The notes beneath the pieces are model-generated. The model worked only from the letters and a program-made list of their open reading frames with translations. It was not told where the DNA came from and made no database searches. A stretch of DNA of 64,000 nucleotides from Candidatus Omnitrophota bacterium (GTDB lineage: Bacteria > Omnitrophota > Gorgyraeia > Velamenicoccales > JABMQK01): positions 902,032-966,031 of the forward strand of contig JAQTSV010000001.1 of the NCBI GenBank assembly GCA_028711115.1. Reading direction: 5' to 3'. The position numbers were made by a program, and so were the translations under genes. Below are positions 9,236 through 19,520 of the stretch, piece by piece. Each line of letters begins with the position of its first letter. The stretch's first letter is position 1.

Positions 9236-10232
9236 TATAAATATCCCATTTATATTTCGTGAAATTTTGTTTATTACTAAACCAATCAATAGTTTTTTTG
9301 ATACCTTCTTTCAAAGAAACCTTTGGCTTCCAGTTCGTCATCTCTTTTATAACGGTGTTATCACATAATAAACGTTCTACCTCGCTCTTCTCCGGCCTTT
9401 TTCTTATGCTGTCTGAAACGATTTTTGCCTTTGGATTTATCTGTTCTATTATCAGTTTTGCAAGGTTGCCGACGGTTATTTCCTGGCCAGAGCCTATATT
9501 AACTACTTTACCAATAGCGCCGCTGCATTTGGCAACCGCTACAAATCCTTCGCATGTATCGCTTACGTAAGTAAGATCTCTCGTGGGATGAAGCGAACCA
9601 AGTCTTATTTTGCTGCTATTGTTTAAAAGCTGGGTAATTATGGTGGGTATGAGTGCTCTTGCAGACTGACGTGGGCCATAAGTATTGAATGGCCTGGCAA
9701 TTACAACAGGAACATCAAAAGATCTATAAAAACTTTCCGCTATGGCATCTGCTCCGATTTTCGAAGCTGAATACGGCGATTGTGACTGTAAAGGATGTTT
9801 TTCGTCTATAGGAATATACCTGGCTGTACCATATACCTCAGACGTCGAAGTGACAACTACTCTTTCAATATTGCAATTCCGGCAGGCCTGCAAGATATTT
9901 AATGTGCCTTTGATATTTGTCTCAACATAAGAATCGGGGGAATTATAAGAAAAGGGTATGCCTATTAAGGCTGCCAGATGAAAAACTATATCTATGTTAT
10001 TATTCTTTATTACCGCACAAATACCGTTATGATCCCTGATATCTCCGGTAAAAACCTCAATGTTTTTTAACTTGTCCTTTGAAAGCGTATCTAACCATCC
10101 CCAAGAATTAAATGAATTATAATAGACGAAGGCCTTAACATTGCAATTTTCTTCCAGCAATCTTTCTACTAGATGGCTGCCGATAAATCCGCATGCGCCC
10201 GTAATAAGGACTGTTTTGTTTTTCAGTTTCAT
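9228..10232 (-). CDS. NAD-dependent NDP-sugar 4,6-dehydratase/epimerase (extended SDR; LegB/PglF-like)
   Basis: VLITGACGFIGSHL Rossmann motif, STSEVYG and YSASK (YxxxK). 334 aa. First gene of the nonulosonic acid block. Confidence 0.8.
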   Translation of the reverse strand: MKLKNKTVLITGACGFIGSHLVERLLEENCNVKAFVYYNSFNSWGWLDTLSKDKLKNIEVFTGDIRDHNGICAVIKNNNIDIVFHLAALIGIPFSYNSPDSYVETNIKGTLNILQACRNCNIERVVVTSTSEVYGTARYIPIDEKHPLQSQSPYSASKIGADAIAESFYRSFDVPVVIARPFNTYGPRQSARALIPTIITQLLNNSSKIRLGSLHPTRDLTYVSDTCEGFVAVAKCSGAIGKVVNIGSGQEITVGNLAKLIIEQINPKAKIVSDSIRKRPEKSEVERLLCDNTVIKEMTNWKPKVSLKEGIKKTIDWFSNKQNFTKYKWDIYNV

Positions 10233-10238
10233 AAAATT

Positions 10239-11780
10239 TTAGACTACACTCATAGTTTTCTTATTATTTTTATAAAAATCCTGGATAGCCTGGATTATGC
10301 TAATAGCATTTTCTTTTTGTGAAATGTTGGCCATTTTGTCATAATAATCGATCACGACATATCCTCTGTAACATGTTTTTTCCAAGGCATAAAGAAAAGC
10401 CTTTACTTTATCGCTATCTACTTTATATCCCTTTTGTATTTTTGATATGGCTTCTTTGCAGCTTTCTACCGTGGGTGTATAAAAAACGCCTTCGCAGGCC
10501 CTATACCAAGCATAACCGAAGATAAGCGCTGGCTTGCCTCTTACTACTGCCTCCCAACCCGCGGTTCCCGTTACGGTAGCAATTGCCATAGAATTATCAA
10601 TCAAATCAAATGTAGAAACTGAAAGAGGAATCAATTTTACATTCGGGAGTGAAGCTATATCATTATAAAAATCAAATGACCTGAAACGGTCTCCTGCGGT
10701 GTATTGGGCGAATTGGTTTAAATGTTCCTTGACATAAAGGCACCAGCCTTCCGGAATAGACTTGGAAAGTAAATCGACCATCAAGAATTGATTCACAAAA
10801 ACCCCGCCCCTTGGCGAAGTAGAATTTTCCGGTTGATAAGCAAGCGCCACATATATATATGGTTTGTCCAACGAGACTTTTTGGGTTAATTTATTATAAT
10901 GGTCCTTCAGCTTCTTTTTCTTTCTATTGGAATCGAATTTGCATAATTTAACAAACTTAAGATATGTCATCTGCGAATCCTCAAATCTTTTATTCTTCTG
11001 TTTTAAATAATTTGGCGGTGCAGGTTTATAGATAAAACCGATATACTTATACAAGGCCTTAATCTTATTGGTGATAAAAACTACAAAATTATAATTTCGT
11101 TTCTTTTCAATCAGCCCTTTCATATAAGTAGGCGAAGCTGTTGAGCGATCGCTGGAAACCTTATTCCAATAATTCTCCATAGACGGGGATAAGGTATATT
11201 GTAAAGTTTTTCCATTAGACAATAATTTATTATAAAAATTTATAGTGGCATCGAATTCATCTTCTACATTTTCTATGGGAAAGAAAAATCCACTGAACAT
11301 AAGAAACATAACTGTCTTTATTCTTTTCCTTTTGCATAACATATAGAGAATGTAATCAAATACTTCGTGGGGAGTAGTGGGAAATACTACCACATCAGGT
11401 TTATAATAATCCAATACAGCAAGCCAGTATTTAATCTGAAAATAATAAAGCCGCAATCGTTCCTGATAAGTGAAAGCATTGCCGGGGTCCATTCTTTCCA
11501 GCATATTGAATACTGTAGACTCATGGATTGATAAATCTTGAAGCAGGGTTTGATCTAATGCGGGAAGCGTAAATTGCGGACAATTGGAAGGCCTGATTCC
11601 CCTAATTGCATTCATATTGTTATGAAACACTGCATCGGGAAAAGCTTTCTTGATAACATCTGCTACTCTGGCCCCTCCGATCCAATAACAGATTTCCCAG
11701 CCGTCTTCTTTTTCAAGATGTTTGGCCACATCCACCCAAAAAGGCTCAGAACACTCCGCAAAAATCGCCCTTATAGACAC
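10239..11780 (-). CDS. Capsule_synth (KpsS/KpsC-like) family glycosyltransferase; candidate ulosonic/nonulosonic acid transferase
   Basis: The segment YIYVALAYQPENSTSPRGG...LYVKEH resembles the KpsS/KpsC core (Q..E/D...vKxHP). Lies between wzt and the nonulosonic acid genes with no gap to wzt. Assigned from memory of family motifs only. Confidence 0.45.
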   Translation of the reverse strand: MSIRAIFAECSEPFWVDVAKHLEKEDGWEICYWIGGARVADVIKKAFPDAVFHNNMNAIRGIRPSNCPQFTLPALDQTLLQDLSIHESTVFNMLERMDPGNAFTYQERLRLYYFQIKYWLAVLDYYKPDVVVFPTTPHEVFDYILYMLCKRKRIKTVMFLMFSGFFFPIENVEDEFDATINFYNKLLSNGKTLQYTLSPSMENYWNKVSSDRSTASPTYMKGLIEKKRNYNFVVFITNKIKALYKYIGFIYKPAPPNYLKQKNKRFEDSQMTYLKFVKLCKFDSNRKKKKLKDHYNKLTQKVSLDKPYIYVALAYQPENSTSPRGGVFVNQFLMVDLLSKSIPEGWCLYVKEHLNQFAQYTAGDRFRSFDFYNDIASLPNVKLIPLSVSTFDLIDNSMAIATVTGTAGWEAVVRGKPALIFGYAWYRACEGVFYTPTVESCKEAISKIQKGYKVDSDKVKAFLYALEKTCYRGYVVIDYYDKMANISQKENAISIIQAIQDFYKNNKKTMSVV

Positions 11781-13088
11781 TTATTTATTCTCCTTGTTCG
11801 GTGATGAGGAGTTTTCGCTGTATCTCCAAGAATGATCACACAGAAAAATCCCAAGATCACTCACTGATCTGCCTGTACCGTAAAAATCACCTGCCACAAC
11901 TTCAAATAAGGCGGCATCAGGTAATCTGTCTCCATGGACATTATTCACGTCAGCCTTTAAATCGATAATATATTTATTGGGCCTTAGCGGAAAACGTGGT
12001 ATACGGCAAATCAATTCCCCTTTTTTAGGTAATTTTTCAAAATCCTGCCCTGTTTTTCTGGACCACAAACAAAGCAAATCCCTTCCCAGGTCGTCACGAA
12101 TCCAAAACCAAACCGTAACATTACCAACTGTTTCATCTTTGCAAACATAACTGAAAACAAAATCTACAGTTTCTCCCGCGACTATACAATCAATGGGATT
12201 TCCGTCTTTATCCTGCAATCTAAATCCCGTAAAACGTATTGAGCCTGCGCCAACCCTGTCAGTGCGCTCCGCAATAGGAACCTGCCATACACCGCGCTCT
12301 ACATAAGAAGAAAGATATCTTTTTACAATTTGCTGCGAAGGTCCTTCATCTTCTTTTTCACCTTGATGTAACCAAATAGCCCTTGAGCATAAACCCATTA
12401 TGGCTTCCATATTATGGCTTACCAATAGCACTGTTCTTCCCTGATGAGTAACGCTGCTCATTTTATTTAGGCATTTTTTTTGAAAAGCAACGTCGCCGAC
12501 TGCCAAAACCTCGTCTACTAATAAAATTTCTGTCTCAAGGTGTGCTGCCACAGCAAATGCCAGACGCATATGCATTCCGCTGGAATAAAATTTTACAGGC
12601 GTATCTATAAATTCCTCCACGCCGGCAAAATCTACTATTTCATCAAATTTGCGAGTTATTTCTAGCCGTTTCATACCTAAGATTGCACCGTTTAAATATA
12701 TATTGTCCCTTCCGGTTAATTCCGGGTGGAATCCCGTACCTACTTCCAATAGAGAACCCACGCGGCCATAAATATCGCCAAAGCCGGTAGTCGGTTCGGT
12801 TATCCGGGAAAGTATCTTAAGAAGAGTTGTTTTTCCGGCGCCATTATGACCAATAATCCCCACAGCTTCTCCGTGTCTAACCTCTAAAGAAAGATTTTTA
12901 AGCGCCCACTTGGTTTTGGTAAGGCCGGATGCTGCGTAAGCCTGCCCGCGCAATAATTCCGCAGCTTTACGAAAAGGCGTCTTGAAGGCATCCGAAAGAG
13001 TATCCCTAAAAGTGCTGTATCTGGCCTTAAGCGTACCAATACGGTATTGTTTACTTATGTTTTCTACCTTTATAGCAATATTACTCAT
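11781..13088 (-). CDS. wzt: Polysaccharide ABC exporter ATP-binding protein with C-terminal glycan-binding domain (Wzt/TagH type)
   Basis: Walker A GHNGAGKTTLLK, signature YSSGMHMRLAFA and Walker B LLVDEVLAVGD. A roughly 170-aa C-terminal beta-rich extension is typical of Wzt_C. Confidence 0.85.
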   Translation of the reverse strand: MSNIAIKVENISKQYRIGTLKARYSTFRDTLSDAFKTPFRKAAELLRGQAYAASGLTKTKWALKNLSLEVRHGEAVGIIGHNGAGKTTLLKILSRITEPTTGFGDIYGRVGSLLEVGTGFHPELTGRDNIYLNGAILGMKRLEITRKFDEIVDFAGVEEFIDTPVKFYSSGMHMRLAFAVAAHLETEILLVDEVLAVGDVAFQKKCLNKMSSVTHQGRTVLLVSHNMEAIMGLCSRAIWLHQGEKEDEGPSQQIVKRYLSSYVERGVWQVPIAERTDRVGAGSIRFTGFRLQDKDGNPIDCIVAGETVDFVFSYVCKDETVGNVTVWFWIRDDLGRDLLCLWSRKTGQDFEKLPKKGELICRIPRFPLRPNKYIIDLKADVNNVHGDRLPDAALFEVVAGDFYGTGRSVSDLGIFLCDHSWRYSENSSSPNKENK

Positions 13089-13092
13089 GTTT

Positions 13093-13932
13093 TTAGATTA
13101 CATCTGCAAATGTTTTTTCCATACGACGAAAATATAAAGCCCCGCTAATTAATATAATAAATGCTGCCAAAGCCGAAATAAAAATAATAGGCCCCGGAGG
13201 AGTATTTATCCCCAATAATGCCCAGCGGAAACCTTCCACTACCCCTACCATAGGATTTATACCATACAGTGTTCGCCATGGCTCTTTTAATAAACTACTG
13301 GGATAGGCTATGGGCGTAGCAAACATCCAGACCTGGATAAAAAACGGTATGGCATACTGCACATCACGGAATTGAGCGTTCATTGCCGTAAACCATAACC
13401 CCACACCCAAGGATGTAATAACAACCAATAAACAAAGCAAGGGAAGCCATATAACTGCTGCAGTAGGAACGATACCATAACAAAACATCATCACCAGTAG
13501 CACTAAGAAAGCCAGCATAAAATCAATGCCTTTAGATAATATTGCCGAAAGAGGAATGAGTATGCGCGGGAAATAAATTTTCTTAATTAAATTCGCGTTA
13601 GATACTAAGCTGCTAGATGCATCAGATAAACCACTGGCAAAAAACGACCATGGCACTAATGCGGCATAACTGAAAATCGGATAAGGTATTCCGTCGGAAG
13701 GCATCTTGGCTAATTTTCCAAAAAAAAGCGTAAATACCACCATAGTAAACAGAGGTTGTATGATAGCCCAGGCTACGCCTATTACCGTCTGTTTATATCT
13801 TACTTTTATGTCTCTCCAGGAAAGGAAATAAAGCAACTCGCGGTATTTCCATACCTCCACAAAATCGATACCTCTCCATCCGCCAGTAGGTTTAATATGG
13901 ATATGTAATGTATCTGTTGTAGTTTCAGCCAT
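13093..13932 (-). CDS. wzm: ABC-2 type polysaccharide exporter permease (Wzm/TagG type)
   Basis: N-terminal WKYRELLYFLSWRDIKVRYKQTVIGVAWAIIQP is the ABC-2 permease signature region. About 6 TM segments. Immediately upstream of wzt. Confidence 0.85.
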   Translation of the reverse strand: MAETTTDTLHIHIKPTGGWRGIDFVEVWKYRELLYFLSWRDIKVRYKQTVIGVAWAIIQPLFTMVVFTLFFGKLAKMPSDGIPYPIFSYAALVPWSFFASGLSDASSSLVSNANLIKKIYFPRILIPLSAILSKGIDFMLAFLVLLVMMFCYGIVPTAAVIWLPLLCLLVVITSLGVGLWFTAMNAQFRDVQYAIPFFIQVWMFATPIAYPSSLLKEPWRTLYGINPMVGVVEGFRWALLGINTPPGPIIFISALAAFIILISGALYFRRMEKTFADVI

Positions 13933-14297
13933 CAGGATATCCTGTTTTCTAATAGATTATTCAATTTTTCCCACTCTTGTTTAATCTTCCCATACTCAGA
14001 TTCTTTCTTTTTTAAAAAACGATACATAAGGCTTATTTTTTCCTGCATCCCTTTCTTAGTTAGAAGGTATTTTATTCTTCTTAATTTATTAGGTTTGCGA
14101 GAAAAAGTCTTAACTTTAATCATGCCTTTTTTTAGCAATTCATTAATCAAATAATTGGTTTTACCAAGGGAGACATTAAGTTTTGAGGCAAGTTCTCTTT
14201 GGGTGAGATGCGGATATTTATCCAGCTCTGCAAGAAAAAAAAGAGTCTCTTCTTTTTCCAATTTATTTCTATTTGATGTGGGGGCTTGTTCAGACAT
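13932..14297 (-). CDS. EPS-associated MarR-family winged-helix transcriptional regulator
   Basis: LTQRELASKLNVSLGKTNYLINELLKKGMIKVK...KYLLTKKGMQEK...FLKKKESEYGKIKQE matches my recollection of the small EPS-associated MarR subfamily. 1-nt overlap with wzm. Confidence 0.65.
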   Translation of the reverse strand: MSEQAPTSNRNKLEKEETLFFLAELDKYPHLTQRELASKLNVSLGKTNYLINELLKKGMIKVKTFSRKPNKLRRIKYLLTKKGMQEKISLMYRFLKKKESEYGKIKQEWEKLNNLLENRIS

Positions 14298-14423
14298 TGA
14301 ACACTATTGTACTACAAGAACCTTAAATGTCAACATTTTTGTAGTTTAACCAGGGGTGAAAGTCTTTTGAAAACAAAAGGTTAGAAGATGCGGATATAAA
14401 ATACGGAGATGACAAAAAAACGG

Positions 14424-15377
<954 letters not shown>

Positions 15378-15392
15378 TTAATTCCTAAAAAA

Positions 15393-16457
<1,065 letters not shown>

Positions 16458-16471
16458 CTAATAGTGTGTTT

Positions 16472-17470
16472 TTATACTTTTGCTTCTCTTAGATATTTTA
16501 TTGCGACTTCCGGCGGGGTAACTACTGCATAGAATCCTGTTCCCCATTCAAAACCTGCGATACCTGTCAGTCGGGGCATTATCTCTATATGCCAATGATA
16601 ATATTCGTGGTCTTCTTTGTCGCAAGGAGCTGTGTGTACAATAAAATTATAAGAATGATCATCCAAAGCAATCTTTAACCTTAGCAATGTTTCTCTTAAG
16701 ATCTTGGCTAATTCCAATCTTTGCCTTTCATTCATTTCACAAAAATGGCTGGCATGTTCTTTAGGAATTATATGAACTTCGAAAGGAAATCTGGAGACAA
16801 ACGGACAAAAAGAAACAAAGTATTTATTCTCAATCAAAATTCTTTCTTTTTCCTGCAATTCCTGCCTGATAATATCACAGAATATACAGCGCTCTCGATA
16901 TTCGAAATAAGTACTTGCCCCGGATAATTCTTCCAAGACATTTTTGGGAATCATGGGAAGGGCAATCAGCTGCGTATGGGAATGTTCCAAGGAAGCCCCA
17001 GCTATTGCACCACGGTTTTTAAAAATTAAAATATATCTGAATCTGCTATCTTTTTGTAAATCTATGGATCGACGGCAATACATATTAATACTCATTGCTA
17101 CTTCTTCATCGGTCAAATCCGTAATGTCCTTATTATGATAAGGCGTTTCTATTACTACTTCGTGAGCTCCTATCCCATTGGACATATCATAAATACCTAT
17201 GCCTCTTCTTTCCAAATCTCCCTCGATTTGTAAGGCGGGAAATTTATTCGCCACTGTCCTTACCAACCAACCAGGAGTATTGGGATGGGTTTCTTCATGG
17301 CGAACGGCATCTATCTCCGGAGGGGTCATAAATTCATTACCGTAACAAAACGGACAAGGGCCACTGCGGGGTATGTGTTCTTCCTTTGCGAAATCGCTGG
17401 GAATCTTAGGTGTATCTACATTAATTATCACCCATCTACCGCCAACAGGATCTTTTCTCAGCTCTGCCAA
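16472..17470 (-). CDS. galT: Galactose-1-phosphate uridylyltransferase family (GalT, HIT branch III), catalytically complete copy
   Basis: ELRKDPVGGRWVII start, CPFC zinc motif, HSHTQ (His163/His165 equivalent to E. coli HPHGQ), second half-site HWHIEIMPR. Confidence 0.8.
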   Translation of the reverse strand: MAELRKDPVGGRWVIINVDTPKIPSDFAKEEHIPRSGPCPFCYGNEFMTPPEIDAVRHEETHPNTPGWLVRTVANKFPALQIEGDLERRGIGIYDMSNGIGAHEVVIETPYHNKDITDLTDEEVAMSINMYCRRSIDLQKDSRFRYILIFKNRGAIAGASLEHSHTQLIALPMIPKNVLEELSGASTYFEYRERCIFCDIIRQELQEKERILIENKYFVSFCPFVSRFPFEVHIIPKEHASHFCEMNERQRLELAKILRETLLRLKIALDDHSYNFIVHTAPCDKEDHEYYHWHIEIMPRLTGIAGFEWGTGFYAVVTPPEVAIKYLREAKV

Positions 17471-17472
17471 AA

Positions 17473-18495
17473 TTACACCTCTATTTCTTTTAAATACTTA
17501 GCAGCATTTTCCGGCGGAATAGGACAAATGTAAAAACCCGTCCCCCATTCAAATCCTGCTACTCTAGTCAAACGCGGCATTATCTCTATATGCCAATGAT
17601 AATCTTCCTGGATTGTCTTCCAATAACCTGTTTTCTTTCTTTTGAAAGGGGCTGTATGTAGAATTAAATTAAACGGCGGATCGTTTAAACCCTTTTTCAA
17701 TTTGAGAAGAGTCTTCTTGATTATGCGGGCTAGATCCAGATTATTCTCAAAACTCAAATTATAGAAATCACAGGAATGTTTTTTGGGTAAAATCCACATC
17801 TCAAAGGGAAAACGTGAAGCAAAAGGAACAATTGTAATAAAACCGTCTATATCGAGGACCATGCGACTCTGTTCTTCTATTTCTTGCTTGATGAGGTCGC
17901 AGAATATGCAACGTTCATGAATATCATAATAGTGGCGGGCACCTATCAGTTCTTCCTTTACCCTTTTGGGTGTAACCGGTGTGGCAATTAGTTGTGTTCT
18001 GGAATGTTTGAATCTTCCGCCTCCTGCAGACCAGCCATAATTTTTAAATACAAGGACATATTTGAAACGCGAATCTTTCTCTAAGTCCTTGGTTCTTTCT
18101 ACAAAACAAGTCAGCACCTTGGCAATCTGTTCTTCGTTTAAATCAGCCAAATTACTGATATGCTGCGGTGTTTCTATGACTATCTCATGGGCACCTATGC
18201 CATTCATTACGTCATAGACACCTTTGCCTCTTCTGCCTAAATCTCCTTCGATTCTTAGGAAGGGGGCCTTGCTGGGAACCACTCTGACATCCCAACCAGA
18301 TGAATTCTTTTTCGTCCCGAATTTCCTTATGGCATATATCTCCGGCGGAGTGTTGCCTTCCCTGCCTTCACAAAACGGACATTCACCTTCCGGCGGACCG
18401 CCGTTTTCTTTGGCAAAATCATCGGGACGCTTTGCCCTCTCTACAGAGATAATAACCCATCGTCCAATAATCGGATCTTTTCTTAGTTCTGGCAT
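17473..18495 (-). CDS. GalT-family paralog with the nucleophile His replaced by Arg (HSRTQ)
   Basis: Same architecture as the neighbouring galT (ELRKDPIIGRWVII, CPFC, HWHIEIMPR), but the active-site pentapeptide reads KHSRTQ. The Arg codon AGA is at 17998..18000 on the minus strand. Confidence 0.75.
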   Translation of the reverse strand: MPELRKDPIIGRWVIISVERAKRPDDFAKENGGPPEGECPFCEGREGNTPPEIYAIRKFGTKKNSSGWDVRVVPSKAPFLRIEGDLGRRGKGVYDVMNGIGAHEIVIETPQHISNLADLNEEQIAKVLTCFVERTKDLEKDSRFKYVLVFKNYGWSAGGGRFKHSRTQLIATPVTPKRVKEELIGARHYYDIHERCIFCDLIKQEIEEQSRMVLDIDGFITIVPFASRFPFEMWILPKKHSCDFYNLSFENNLDLARIIKKTLLKLKKGLNDPPFNLILHTAPFKRKKTGYWKTIQEDYHWHIEIMPRLTRVAGFEWGTGFYICPIPPENAAKYLKEIEV

Positions 18496-18563
18496 ATTAA
18501 GCGTAAATTATAGCATAAATATCTCGTATTTCAACCACTTTTTACATTTGTGGTTTATTAAAT

Positions 18564-19499
18564 TCAATCTAATTTGCTGCCTATTACAAATTTATGGCCT
18601 TGAATGAATTGCCAGGCACTAAGGCGCCTGCCAGAAGAAGACTGCAATTCTTTGATTAACAAAAAACCTTCCTTTGTGGCTACTAAAATACCTTTTTTAT
18701 CCAAAGAAATAATCGTTCCGCTAAGGCATTTATCCTTTTTCTGTATCTCGTTAATCACCTCGGCATCCCAAATTTTCAGCATTGTGCTTTTATAAAACGT
18801 AAACGCACCCGGCCAAGGCAAACACCCTCTGATTTGATTTCTTATTTGATGAGCCTGTTTATTCCAATTAATCCTCCCGTCTTCTTTCTTAAGTTTAGGT
18901 GCGTAACTCGCTTCTTTGTCTTCTTGTTTTATAAGACGAATTTCATTCTGATTAATTTTATATAATGCCTCCTGAAGAGACTTCGCTGCCAATTTGGATA
19001 TTTTTTCCTCTAAGGTTAAGACATTGTCAGAATAATCAATCCCGATTCCTTTCCTTAACAGAATGTTTCCTTCGTCCATTTTTTCATTCATCTTTATAAT
19101 TGTTATGCCTGTTTTTTCTTCGCCGTTTATTAAAGCCTGATTAATAGGGGCTGCCCCTCTGTATTTTGGTAATAAAGAGGCGTGGATATTCAAGGCAAAT
19201 AACTTTGGTATATCGAGTAAATCTCGAGAAAGGATCTTGCCAAATGAAAAAACAATAAAAACATCCGCATTTAATTTCTTGAGATATTCGATGGATTGTT
19301 TGGCTAAAATATCTTCCGGTTGGAAGATGTTCAGTTCTTTCTTTAAGGCAAATTCTTTAATTGGCGTAAAAGAAATGGGTAGGTGTCTGCCTTTTTTCTT
19401 ATCAGGTGCCGTTACCACGCAAGCAACGTCATTATTTTTAATTAAAGAATCCAAACTGGGAATAGCTATTTTACCGCTGCCGAAGAAAACTATTTTCAT
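18564..19499 (-). CDS. fmt: Methionyl-tRNA formyltransferase
   Basis: MKIVFFGSG start, NIHASLLPKYRGAAPI, MDEGNIL, plus a C-terminal Fmt beta-barrel domain. 311 aa. Confidence 0.9.
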   Translation of the reverse strand: MKIVFFGSGKIAIPSLDSLIKNNDVACVVTAPDKKKGRHLPISFTPIKEFALKKELNIFQPEDILAKQSIEYLKKLNADVFIVFSFGKILSRDLLDIPKLFALNIHASLLPKYRGAAPINQALINGEEKTGITIIKMNEKMDEGNILLRKGIGIDYSDNVLTLEEKISKLAAKSLQEALYKINQNEIRLIKQEDKEASYAPKLKKEDGRINWNKQAHQIRNQIRGCLPWPGAFTFYKSTMLKIWDAEVINEIQKKDKCLSGTIISLDKKGILVATKEGFLLIKELQSSSGRRLSAWQFIQGHKFVIGSKLD

Positions 19500-19520
19500 A
19501 AATAAAACTCTCTTTTTATT

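Noticed and set aside
8057-9289. Using the longest-ORF starts for 8057..9289, 45228..46133, 53995..55965, 62983..63198 and 163..897.
   Set aside because: The N-terminal extensions overlap the upstream genes by 26-70 nt and add residues that are not typical for the families. Internal Met codons give canonical N-termini, short ATGA-type or 8-nt overlaps, and in the cases I checked (tatA, hisH-like) a Shine-Dalgarno sequence.
163-10232. Assigning the nonulosonic acid genes to the pseudaminic acid or sialic acid pathway.
   Set aside because: The pseudaminic route uses a PseG-type UDP-sugar hydrolase rather than a NeuC-type epimerase, and it has no CBS-nucleotidyltransferase. Plain sialic acid synthesis would not need the 4,6-dehydratase, the aminotransferase and the N-acyltransferase. 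The gene set fits the legionaminic acid route best, although this has not been tested.
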